Sequence record: NC_061444.1
DNA: 64,000 nt
Reading direction: 5' to 3' (one strand)
Both the position numbers and the translations under genes were made by a program. Every line of letters starts with the position of its first letter. Positions within the stretch are counted from its first letter, which is position 1. This document shows positions 55,566 to 63,876 of this stretch, in pieces. The notes beneath the pieces were generated by a model. That model did not search any database. It saw only the letters and a program-made list of their open reading frames with translations, and was not told where the DNA came from.

Positions 55566-56238
55566 CATGAAACCTGACTACACTCTACTGAAACGAAGCA
55601 AAGTCAATCCTGATTATTTTGCTTTTGTGTACGACGGTGACTTGCTTGCTGAGTTCACGCCGAGCAAGTTATATGGTGCATTTGAAAAAGCGCACAAATC
55701 ACCTGAAGTGAAAGAAGTCGATGTGCTGTGGCGTGATGGTACTCGCACCGTTGAGCACCTGGTGGTGCATCGCGTTCGCAAGTTCGTGTCTCTGGACACA
55801 ATCATGAACTACTATTCAGTGTGCCTGATGTTACGCGCTCAAGGCTCTGCTGTTAGTCTGTCTGTGCCTGTGGACGTTCGCACTATGTTCGATGCAGAAG
55901 GCCCAATGATTAGTGAGATTCGCATTGACTGTGATATCGTTGCTGATCTAGTGCGCGAGCTTAAAGCAGTCGTGGTCGAGTGTGATGACTCTAACATGGA
56001 AGACGACGAGTGGGACGACGAAGACGAGGATGAAGACTTCGACGACGAGTTTCACGATATGGAAACCATCGACCCTGCTACTGACCGTATGATGATTAGC
56101 AGTTGGGGATATCGCGCAGAAGACTGGGCAGTGACGCTGACAGACGAAGAAGTTAGCGAGGTACATAGCCTTGAAGTGGGCGTCGATTCTGACATTGAAC
56201 TGCCACTCGCACCTGATGCGAAGGACAAATACTTCTAA
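55558..56238 (+). CDS. Acidic hypothetical protein
   Basis: 226-aa ORF. Confidence 0.75.
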   Translation: MNNMKPDYTLLKRSKVNPDYFAFVYDGDLLAEFTPSKLYGAFEKAHKSPEVKEVDVLWRDGTRTVEHLVVHRVRKFVSLDTIMNYYSVCLMLRAQGSAVSLSVPVDVRTMFDAEGPMISEIRIDCDIVADLVRELKAVVVECDDSNMEDDEWDDEDEDEDFDDEFHDMETIDPATDRMMISSWGYRAEDWAVTLTDEEVSEVHSLEVGVDSDIELPLAPDAKDKYF

Positions 56239-56429
56239 TGAAAACCACAAACGAAATGATCAAAGAGTTGAGACAGCGCGGCGAGCTTGTTATTGAAGAA
56301 CGCCAGAAAGATGTAGTGCCTGACTTAACGTTCACGCTTGATTGTCTGTGTCTCACATACAAGAAGCGGGAAGTGGAAACGACCAAGCGAGGCCGCGTTA
56401 TCACAATCAAGTTGACGAGTATTCACTAA
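56238..56429 (+). CDS. Small hypothetical protein
   Basis: 63 aa, TAATG coupling. Confidence 0.55.
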   Translation: MKTTNEMIKELRQRGELVIEERQKDVVPDLTFTLDCLCLTYKKREVETTKRGRVITIKLTSIH

Positions 56430-56441
56430 CAATCCAGTTTG

Positions 56442-56511
56442 GCTCGCCCGTCCAAAATGCTCACCCCCAATGAGGCGCCCTCGCAGAGGCGTGACGGTGC
56501 GGGTCCTTTTT
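56442..56511 (+). ncRNA. Candidate three-stem structured RNA followed by a U-tract
   Basis: Closing stem 56442-56452 with 56493-56504; two inner hairpins; pairing judged by eye. Confidence 0.35.
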
Positions 56512-56551
56512 AGAGCGTATCTTTAGTGCGTTGCAGAAAGAACCCAAAACA

Positions 56552-56565
56552 AACAGGAGGCTGTT
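56552..56565 (+). promoter_or_regulatory. GAGG-loop RBS hairpin
   Basis: AACAG-GAGG-CTGTT directly before ATG 56566. Confidence 0.6.
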
Positions 56566-57027
56566 ATGAAGTTTAACGAAGTAAGTAAAGATGCTCAGGT
56601 CATTCTCATGGGTGGCGCACTCGCGGGTGTAGTTGAAGTCTTTGGCCGTGATGACGAAGACGAGGGCAAGCATTTGATTGAAACTGCGTTGCGTCAAGTC
56701 GGTCTGACGTTCGACGAGTTCCGTACTCTGATGACCGAAATGTCGCCAGAAGTTGAAGCTGAGGTCGCGTCTATCCAGACAATTGCTGCTGACCCTGACG
56801 ATGACTTCGAAGAAGACCCAGAAGACTTCGGTACATGTCCTGAATGTGATCAGCGTGTAGAAGATTGCGACTGTGAACATGACGACGAAAACCTCGACTC
56901 TATGGAAGAACGTCCCGGCAATCTGAACGATGACGATCAGACTGACGAAAATGGGTGGCAGAATCTCGATGAAGATGGCGTCTGTCGTAACTGTCACCAG
57001 CAAGTGTGCGAGTGCAGAGGTTACTGA
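56566..57027 (+). CDS. Acidic protein with two Cys-rich modules
   Basis: CPECDQRVEDCDC and CRNCHQQVCEC. Confidence 0.75.
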   Translation: MKFNEVSKDAQVILMGGALAGVVEVFGRDDEDEGKHLIETALRQVGLTFDEFRTLMTEMSPEVEAEVASIQTIAADPDDDFEEDPEDFGTCPECDQRVEDCDCEHDDENLDSMEERPGNLNDDDQTDENGWQNLDEDGVCRNCHQQVCECRGY

Positions 57028-57239
57028 TGGGAAGATCGACGCAAGACGAAATCAACGGTCAGATAGCTGCCTCCGAAGAGCAACGTTATAATGAGCAAAT
57101 CGCTCAATACGACGACTGGACAGACGACGAGCTGGCTGACGCTGTAGAAGCTAATGAGCTTGTGCGTGATGACGAAGACGCAAGCGACTACAGCCGCGAA
57201 GCGCTGATTCGAATGCTTATAGCAGATCGACGCTTCTAA
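57027..57239 (+). CDS. Small acidic HEH-like protein
   Basis: YDDWTDDELADAVEANEL...SREALIRML. Confidence 0.65.
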   Translation: MGRSTQDEINGQIAASEEQRYNEQIAQYDDWTDDELADAVEANELVRDDEDASDYSREALIRMLIADRRF

Positions 57240-57241
57240 GC

Positions 57242-57293
57242 AAAAATCTGGACAAAATGAGGGTTGTATCAGAATAGCACCCTAAGCTATACT
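57242..57293 (+). promoter_or_regulatory. Early promoter family, copy 9
   Basis: AAAAATCTGGACAAAAT; 33 bp to TATACT; AGGGT/ACCCT inverted repeat. Confidence 0.7.
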
Positions 57294-57299
57294 ATATAG

Positions 57300-57498
57300 A
57301 CAGTGAGACACGTTCTCTCTGCTATATGCCTTTGTTAATGCTTGACCGTGTGTTTTTCGTTTTCCCGGACACACGGTCCTTTTTAAAGTCGCTTCCTGTG
57401 AGGCTGCTTTAAAAAGGGTTCGATACCCTTTGAGCGCACCGGGCTTTACGCGGTTTCCGCCTTGTGTGCTCTCATGCTAAACCGCAAAGGAAATAGAT
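57300..57498 (+). ncRNA. Long structured 5' leader / candidate cis-regulatory RNA
   Basis: Two 10-bp stems, a T-loop-like hairpin, an 8-bp stem and an alternative pairing next to the RBS. Confidence 0.45.
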
Positions 57499-58227
57499 AT
57501 GCCAAACTTACGTGCTAAACCAGAAGACAAATTCTCTAAAGCTCGTTCTGCGAAGAACTCACCTGAACGTCAGGCTGCTGCTGAGAAGAAACGCACAACC
57601 CCACGCGGTCCGTCTTCTGCTAAACCTCGTCAGTTGCCGCCGGGCTATGGCTATAAGTCAAAAGCTACAGGCGAACGTGCGCCAGAGCGTGACGAAAGAG
57701 AATCCCAGAAACCTAATCTGAGTAAGAAAGAATGGGTTGCTCGTCGTGACGCAACGCCGAAGCTGCGTGATGAAGAACGTGTGTATTTTCTTGTACACGC
57801 AATCTTATCAGCGTGGAAGTTGAGTGCATCTACCGATGCTGATGCAAATGCTACAGGCATCATCAAAGTGTCTCGTCGTAAAGTTGAAGGCGCCTTGCGT
57901 GATCTCAAGAATACGCGCTTCACTAAGATACCGACGCTCATTAACGACGTCCTCGTGTATAACGAAGTCTGCAATGAGTTTGGGCAGTGGGTGTATGTCG
58001 AGCATGACAGTCCGGATTGGATTTTCGTGCGCCTTCCGAAAAACAGCACGCCTGTGATTCGCGCAGATATCGCAGTTGACAGAACAGGCGAAACGCCTAC
58101 CACTGTAACAACCTCAAGTGAGGTGCTGTTGGATAACGGCGGTGACGACGAAGACGAGATTCCTGAAAACGTCGAATATGACGACGAAGACGAATCTCAT
58201 GTACAGGAAGAAGAGGACGAAGAATAA
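57499..58227 (+). CDS. Protein with basic N-terminus and acidic C-terminus
   Basis: 242 aa; AAGGA RBS. Confidence 0.75.
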   Translation: MPNLRAKPEDKFSKARSAKNSPERQAAAEKKRTTPRGPSSAKPRQLPPGYGYKSKATGERAPERDERESQKPNLSKKEWVARRDATPKLRDEERVYFLVHAILSAWKLSASTDADANATGIIKVSRRKVEGALRDLKNTRFTKIPTLINDVLVYNEVCNEFGQWVYVEHDSPDWIFVRLPKNSTPVIRADIAVDRTGETPTTVTTSSEVLLDNGGDDEDEIPENVEYDDEDESHVQEEEDEE

Positions 58228-58676
58228 TGACCTCTTCAATTCGCCCCGCAGCCGAAACTGCTGCAATGATCATCGAAAACGTTTCTCTTTATTCGCAGGA
58301 GAAGTCGCACGAGCACACGCTACCGCGCTTCAAAATGTCAGACACCGCGATACGCCGCATATCTGGGCATTCGCGTCTGCTGCCTGAGAGTTATATCGAA
58401 CAACTCACCGTCGAGCTACAGCAACTTGATTGGTTGATGGCACGATATGACGCTGGCATGTTTATCTTCATGTCGTATGAAGTGGCAAAGAACTGGACGA
58501 CACTGAGCGCGAAACGTGTTGTACCTAACGACGAGCCTGCGTCTGAGTATGATACGTGGACGTTGCCTGAGCTACAGGGGTTCGCTCAACGTAACGACTT
58601 CTTACAGCCTGACGAAGAGGGCTTCAACGATAGAGCGTCACTTGTGCGAGCTATCATGAGAGGCGAGACTCACTAA
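58227..58676 (+). CDS. Protein with C-terminal HEH-like motif
   Basis: YDTWTLPELQGFAQRNDF...DRASLVRAI. Confidence 0.7.
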   Translation: MTSSIRPAAETAAMIIENVSLYSQEKSHEHTLPRFKMSDTAIRRISGHSRLLPESYIEQLTVELQQLDWLMARYDAGMFIFMSYEVAKNWTTLSAKRVVPNDEPASEYDTWTLPELQGFAQRNDFLQPDEEGFNDRASLVRAIMRGETH

Positions 58677-58730
58677 GCAATAACGAGCAGGGGGCTGAAA
58701 TATAGCTGCCCTGCTATCTGCGAAGTATGC

Positions 58731-58782
58731 AGAAATCTGGACAAAATCGTGGTTGCTATCTGAAAGCGACCTATGCTATAAT
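58731..58782 (+). promoter_or_regulatory. Early promoter family, copy 10
   Basis: AGAAATCTGGACAAAAT; 33 bp to TATAAT; TTGCTA -35; GGTTGCT/AGCGACC inverted repeat. Confidence 0.75.
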
Positions 58783-58820
58783 AGATACAGACGCAATAGT
58801 GCGTCACAAACAAAACACAT

Positions 58821-58834
58821 ATACTGAGGAGTAT
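58821..58834 (+). promoter_or_regulatory. GAGG-loop RBS hairpin
   Basis: ATACT-GAGG-AGTAT, ATG 58840. Confidence 0.65.
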
Positions 58835-58839
58835 TAATC

Positions 58840-60441
58840 ATGGCACGTATCGAAACTAACTCTAACCTGGTTGGCAAAACTATCATCCTGCTGAACGGCA
58901 CCAAATCTAAAATCGAAGATGCTATCGCGTCCGGCTACAAGGTGAAAGGTCAGAGCAAACGTATCGCAACCCGCTGTGTTATCAAAGAGGGATCTCACTT
59001 CCGTGAAATCGAGCGCATGAACATGAGCCAGCTTGAAGATACCGGCGAAGGTTACGTCAAGCTGAAAGAAGCGAAAGCGTCCGTCAAGAAAACTACCGGC
59101 AAGAAAGACGCAGTGAAAGAGAAAGCGCCTAAGACTTCTGGTAAGAAGACTGGCGGCAAAGTCTCGAAAGAGAAAGAACCGAAAGTTCGTCGTAAATCTT
59201 CCGAAGAGCAGTCCGAAGATTATCAGAATCTGGCACACGCTATCATCAAAGGCGGCAAAGCTAAACCCGCAGTTGAAATCGAAACTGTAGATGAAGCGCT
59301 GACCGATACTGTGGCAAAACGTCTGGTGGCGCTGCTTGAAAACAGCGAAATTGCGAAAGTGTGTGCAGACAACAAAACGCCGATCGCTAACGCTGTGTCT
59401 GTTGCTTACGGTGCTGAGTACGCCGAAGAGAACAACACAATGCAGATCACGTTGAGCCTGCAATACGCGAAGCCTGTGAAAGACACTGCTGTTGCTCCTG
59501 AGCTGGATGAAGCTGTTGCGAAACGTGCCGCCAAGCTCGCGTCTAAGAAGATTGGCAAAGTGCTGGCGAAAGCAATCAAAGCTGCGTTCGACCTCGAAGA
59601 TGCGAACGACCTGCTGCCGGGCACTGTACTGACTTCTGACGGTGCTGAGTTCGTGTTCGTGGGTGAGTCTGCGAAACACGCTGGCAAAGCGCTGATGTAT
59701 AGCGCAGACACTGATAGCTTCAAATCATTCGGCGCCGACAAGCTGTCCGACTTCGAAATCGTCGCTGATGAAAGCGAAGAAGAAGAGGAAGAAGTCGAAG
59801 AAGAGGAAGAAGAAGTCGAGGAGGAAGAGGAAGAAGAAGAAGCCGAAGAAGAAGAAGACGGCGAAGAAGAAGACGGCGAAGAAGAAGAAGGCGATACGCA
59901 AGAATACGAGTTCGTTGCTGTCGAAGCGGAACAACTCGAACTGGTCAACAAGAAAGTGACCGCTAAGTATCACGCTGCACTCGCCGAACGTTTCGGTGTA
60001 GACGAAGAAGCGCTTGCCCCTGGCCTGATGCTGACTGACGGCGATACGACTTTTGCTTACCTGGGCTGCGATAGCAAAGGCGGGCTGCTGGTAATCGACG
60101 TTGACGCAGAAGACGAAGACGACAACGTTCTGGTCTACAGCAAAGCTGATATCAAAACGCTGACCGACTTTAGCCCTGTGATCGATAGCGGCGAAAGCGA
60201 AGAAGACGCCGAAGAAGAAGACGGCGAAGAAGAAGAAGATAACAACGTTGACTTCGAAGACGAAGAGGGTGAAGAAGAAGAAGACGAAGAAGAAGACTTC
60301 GAATTTGACGACGCACCAACCGAAGACCTCGAAGACCTGACCGAAGACGAACTGCGTGATCGCGCTGTTGAAGCTGGTCTGACTACGCCGCGCAAAGCAG
60401 ACAAAATGACTGCTGCCCAGCTGCGTAAACTCCTGAAGTAA
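58840..60441 (+). CDS. Large Glu-rich multi-domain protein (paralog of 60528..61763)
   Basis: SH3-like N-terminus, two internal repeats, poly-Glu linkers, C-terminal HEH-like motif. Confidence 0.8.
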   Translation: MARIETNSNLVGKTIILLNGTKSKIEDAIASGYKVKGQSKRIATRCVIKEGSHFREIERMNMSQLEDTGEGYVKLKEAKASVKKTTGKKDAVKEKAPKTSGKKTGGKVSKEKEPKVRRKSSEEQSEDYQNLAHAIIKGGKAKPAVEIETVDEALTDTVAKRLVALLENSEIAKVCADNKTPIANAVSVAYGAEYAEENNTMQITLSLQYAKPVKDTAVAPELDEAVAKRAAKLASKKIGKVLAKAIKAAFDLEDANDLLPGTVLTSDGAEFVFVGESAKHAGKALMYSADTDSFKSFGADKLSDFEIVADESEEEEEEVEEEEEEVEEEEEEEEAEEEEDGEEEDGEEEEGDTQEYEFVAVEAEQLELVNKKVTAKYHAALAERFGVDEEALAPGLMLTDGDTTFAYLGCDSKGGLLVIDVDAEDEDDNVLVYSKADIKTLTDFSPVIDSGESEEDAEEEDGEEEEDNNVDFEDEEGEEEEDEEEDFEFDDAPTEDLEDLTEDELRDRAVEAGLTTPRKADKMTAAQLRKLLK

Positions 60442-60469
60442 TCTGTCGTAACACTGTAACACTGAAACA

Positions 60470-60496
60470 AGATGCGGTTCATACGGAGCCGCATCT
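60470..60496 (+). terminator. Intergenic stem-loop (no U-tract)
   Basis: AGATGCGGTTC-ATACG-GAGCCGCATCT. Confidence 0.45.
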
Positions 60497-60509
60497 CTGA
60501 CAACTAAGC

Positions 60510-60523
60510 TGATTGAGGAATCA
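60510..60523 (+). promoter_or_regulatory. GAGG-loop RBS hairpin
   Basis: TGATT-GAGG-AATCA, ATG 60528. Confidence 0.65.
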
Positions 60524-60527
60524 CACT

Positions 60528-61763
60528 ATGTCAAACGCAAATGCAAACCTGTTGAATGCCCGTGTTCGTCGTCTGGACGGTACTATCACTTTCATCAACA
60601 AAGTGAACGCTAATGGTTATAGCACCGACGCGAAAGGTCCGCAAATTCCAGTTAGGCGTATCGTGCTTGCGGGCAAAACGCTGAAAGAGATTGAAGCGCC
60701 GTTAGCGAAAGCTGAACACGTTCTGATTGACGGTATCACTGTGAAACTGAACAAGCGCCAGCAGAAAGACTTGCTCAACGACGAGATCGACCTCGACACG
60801 ATCAAGCCAGACTTTAGCTCTCTGGTGTATATTGACCCTGAGACAGGCAAGCCTGCTGCTGTGAAAGCTGCGAAGCAGAAAGGCGGTGTGAAAGCGACAC
60901 GCGAACGCAACAAAGACACTCGCTCTAAGAAAGAGCGTAAAGCAGAAGTCGCCGCGTCTAAAGACGAAATCGACATGCTGCCGTCTGATAAAGTTGATCG
61001 CAAAGCTGAACTGGCGGGCATCATCGACGCAACCATCGCCGACGCGACTACGAAAGACCGTCGCAAGATGTTGAGCGAAGCGTTTGACATGGACTGGAAA
61101 GATGTGAAGAAGCATGGCGGTAAGGGTGTGATTAAGCACATGGGACGCAAAGCTGCACAATCTGCCATGAACAAACTGAACGCGACCGTGACGCAAGACA
61201 CGTTCATCAAGCAGATGCCTATCGCGCTGAAACGTCTGATTCAAGACGGTGCGTTGACGCTGAACAAAGCGCAGATTGAGCGCGTACTGAGTGCGCTTGA
61301 CCTCGACGTGAAATTCTACGACGTTGCGATGCAAACGCTGCTGGGTAATCTCAAGCTGTCACTCGACAAATCTATTGAGAACCCGAAAGTGAAAGAGAAG
61401 AAAGCGAAGCGCAAACTTGCTGTGCCGACCTACGCTTCTGAGAAAGAACAGACCAAGCGTGTGCGCAAAATGACTATCAAACTCATTAAGCCGCCTAAGA
61501 AAGAAATGGCCGCAGCGAAAGCGCACATAAAAGAATCGAAAGCAATCATCGCCAAGAAGCTGGGCATTGCACCTGCTGATGTGAAGCGTGGTCTGCTCTG
61601 CTATAAACCGAACGGTGTTGAACTGATGTTCGTCGCGTGTGACATGACCGGCCCTGTCTTCATCGAGAAAGACGGTAGCGAATGCGTAATGGCACATGCC
61701 AACGTGCAAGACACCTTCAACCTGACCTTGGGTACTAACTCTGAACTGGATGCTGCTGTATGA
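60528..61763 (+). CDS. Lys-rich multi-domain protein (paralog of 58840..60441)
   Basis: Shared N-terminal L(N/D)GT..I......GY domain and C-terminal repeat domain. Confidence 0.8.
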   Translation: MSNANANLLNARVRRLDGTITFINKVNANGYSTDAKGPQIPVRRIVLAGKTLKEIEAPLAKAEHVLIDGITVKLNKRQQKDLLNDEIDLDTIKPDFSSLVYIDPETGKPAAVKAAKQKGGVKATRERNKDTRSKKERKAEVAASKDEIDMLPSDKVDRKAELAGIIDATIADATTKDRRKMLSEAFDMDWKDVKKHGGKGVIKHMGRKAAQSAMNKLNATVTQDTFIKQMPIALKRLIQDGALTLNKAQIERVLSALDLDVKFYDVAMQTLLGNLKLSLDKSIENPKVKEKKAKRKLAVPTYASEKEQTKRVRKMTIKLIKPPKKEMAAAKAHIKESKAIIAKKLGIAPADVKRGLLCYKPNGVELMFVACDMTGPVFIEKDGSECVMAHANVQDTFNLTLGTNSELDAAV

Positions 61764-62143
61764 CAAATAACGAAATCCTTTTGTCAGGCATGTTTGCTCA
61801 ACTCTACGCGCGGCTGTTAACAGCCGCAGTATTGAAGACCCACGTGTTCTACTCTGACTTAGCGCCGATTGTGTTCGGCGTTCAACTGTCTGTGATTAGT
61901 AGTGCGCAGTACGATGCGCTGTGGGGATTAGTGCGCGAAACCATGCGTGTCGATATATCGCATGGCAGACCACCGCTTGCTGCACTGTATGTATCACGGG
62001 CCACCGATAGTAAACTGCCCGCTAAGAAATTCTTTCGTGAGTACCACAAGCTCACGGGCAAGCATTTGTCAGAAACTGAATGGCAAGCACTCGTCGAAAA
62101 TGTGTGGAACAGCTATGCACCAAATCTTCGGGAGCCATCATGA
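61760..62143 (+). CDS. Small protein, possible wHTH (GRPPL motif)
   Basis: VFYSDL...GRPPLAALYV...P...FF. Confidence 0.6.
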   Translation: MTNNEILLSGMFAQLYARLLTAAVLKTHVFYSDLAPIVFGVQLSVISSAQYDALWGLVRETMRVDISHGRPPLAALYVSRATDSKLPAKKFFREYHKLTGKHLSETEWQALVENVWNSYAPNLREPS

Positions 62144-62601
62144 AAAAGTCAAAAGTAGTAATTAGTCGCGGCGGCTACAGGCCGTCATCGCAAGAAGAAG
62201 CACAAAAGCTGATAGCTGAATTTATTCTTGGTACTATCGGCGTTGACCCTACTGTTATCAGTCAGCAAATGCTGTTGAACATTGCTAACTATAATTACCT
62301 GACGTCTATCGCAGACACTGGCAAAGCAAATGCAGCGAACCAAGCTGCGTTGCACAAAACTGTAAAAGAACTTAATGCGTTCTGTAGAATGCACAAGATA
62401 TCGCTGGGTTTACTAATTATGCCCCATACTTCTGCTAGTGATTATGCTGGCGACGAGGTTGTAGCGATTCCTTGGGAGCATGTGCAGAAAAACGCATTGA
62501 GCCAGTCGGCCATCGACTCCCTGTTCAAAACAGTTGAAGCAGATGGTTACCCGCAGTTTGTGACTGATGCGAAAACAGTAGAGGGATACAATGTTTTATG
62601 A
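62140..62601 (+). CDS. Hypothetical protein
   Basis: 153 aa; GGGAG RBS. Confidence 0.65.
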   Translation: MKKSKVVISRGGYRPSSQEEAQKLIAEFILGTIGVDPTVISQQMLLNIANYNYLTSIADTGKANAANQAALHKTVKELNAFCRMHKISLGLLIMPHTSASDYAGDEVVAIPWEHVQKNALSQSAIDSLFKTVEADGYPQFVTDAKTVEGYNVL

Positions 62602-63871
62602 TCATGTATTCAGCCACGACGAGAAGCAATTGCTCTTGTCAGTGGCTGAGTCTAAATATTTGGTGAGACTTGACTGCCCCGATTATTTGAAGAAGTCTAA
62701 ACACGCGATTGAGATTCGCCACACTGTGACGAACCGTGGTGAGCAACGTCGTACTGGTACGATAACAACTGCGTTCGTACCGCGTATTCATTCTGCGACT
62801 GTGCAGCGCCTTGTGCGTGATGTGCGTGACTCTGCAACAAAGAGTTCGTCTGACAGTCTCGCTGCGTTGTTTGAGCTTGGCCTTGGTGTGCCGAAGCAAC
62901 ACGATATCGCAGTGTACCTGAAAGACTACTCGCGTGAGAACGATAAGAAGGGTGTGGGTATCAAGTATATCCGCAAACTGATTAACGAATATCACCGCAA
63001 GCATCGTCATAGCTTCGCCGGTAGTCGCTGGCTGATGCCCGCTGCGTACACTGCGAACATGCTCAACATGCAATCTTTCATTCATCTGAAAGAAGACGGC
63101 TACTCGAAGAAACTGAAAGTTCCTGAAGGTGTGCCTGTCGTGTTCATCTACCAGAACACGAATCATGAAAAAGCAACGTTCACGATGTGCGACGCATTCA
63201 TGATAAGCCCGCTCGGTTATCCGATGCCGTTTGCGCAGGTAGCGTTACGACCTGAGTTCAAAGCTGCACCGAAAGAGTTCAAGTCGAAAGCGCTGCGTGG
63301 CAAAAGCATGTACGCTATGGTCATGGGCATTGTCTACTGGGAAGAAGGAAGTGCAATTGACAACTTCCGTGAGTTGCAAGCAATCGACGACGACCCGTAT
63401 CTGACGCTGCTTAGTGACGAGAAGTACGCAGACCGCCGCTCACCTGAGTATCAAGAGCTGCTGGACAAACGTGCTGAACTGAACGAGCGAGCGAAACACT
63501 GGAACGAGATCGTATCGAAGTATGGCAAGACAACGCGCACTCTCAAACCCGAACAAGCGGAGAAGTTAGAGAAAGCTGAGGCGTTCTTCAAAGAGCGCAA
63601 AGAGTTCATGGACGACTTCGACAAGTTCGAAAAGAAAGAAAACCACAAAGCTGCGAAGAAGTTCGCTGCTGCGAAAGCGCTGTTTGCTGCTGTCGATTGT
63701 GGCACTATCATGGACCGCACCACGTACATGTCAGTGTCGTCTGGGCTTGACGATGTGAATAAGATACTCACTACGTGGGGATTCACGACCGTCAATACTG
63801 TTAATGCTAGTTTGAAGAAGTCTATCCTTACATACGACCGTAAAAACGCAAGCCGCGTCTGGTCTCTGTAA
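62591..63871 (+). CDS. Hypothetical protein
   Basis: 426-aa ORF. Confidence 0.75.
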   Translation: MFYDHVFSHDEKQLLLSVAESKYLVRLDCPDYLKKSKHAIEIRHTVTNRGEQRRTGTITTAFVPRIHSATVQRLVRDVRDSATKSSSDSLAALFELGLGVPKQHDIAVYLKDYSRENDKKGVGIKYIRKLINEYHRKHRHSFAGSRWLMPAAYTANMLNMQSFIHLKEDGYSKKLKVPEGVPVVFIYQNTNHEKATFTMCDAFMISPLGYPMPFAQVALRPEFKAAPKEFKSKALRGKSMYAMVMGIVYWEEGSAIDNFRELQAIDDDPYLTLLSDEKYADRRSPEYQELLDKRAELNERAKHWNEIVSKYGKTTRTLKPEQAEKLEKAEAFFKERKEFMDDFDKFEKKENHKAAKKFAAAKALFAAVDCGTIMDRTTYMSVSSGLDDVNKILTTWGFTTVNTVNASLKKSILTYDRKNASRVWSL

Positions 63872-63876
63872 ACCAC

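Noticed and set aside
57414-57440. tRNA gene suggested by the T-arm AAGGG-TTCGATA-CCCTT
   Set aside because: No matching acceptor 5' strand, D-arm or anticodon arm at tRNA spacing, and it ends ACCG rather than CCA. Kept only as part of a structured leader.
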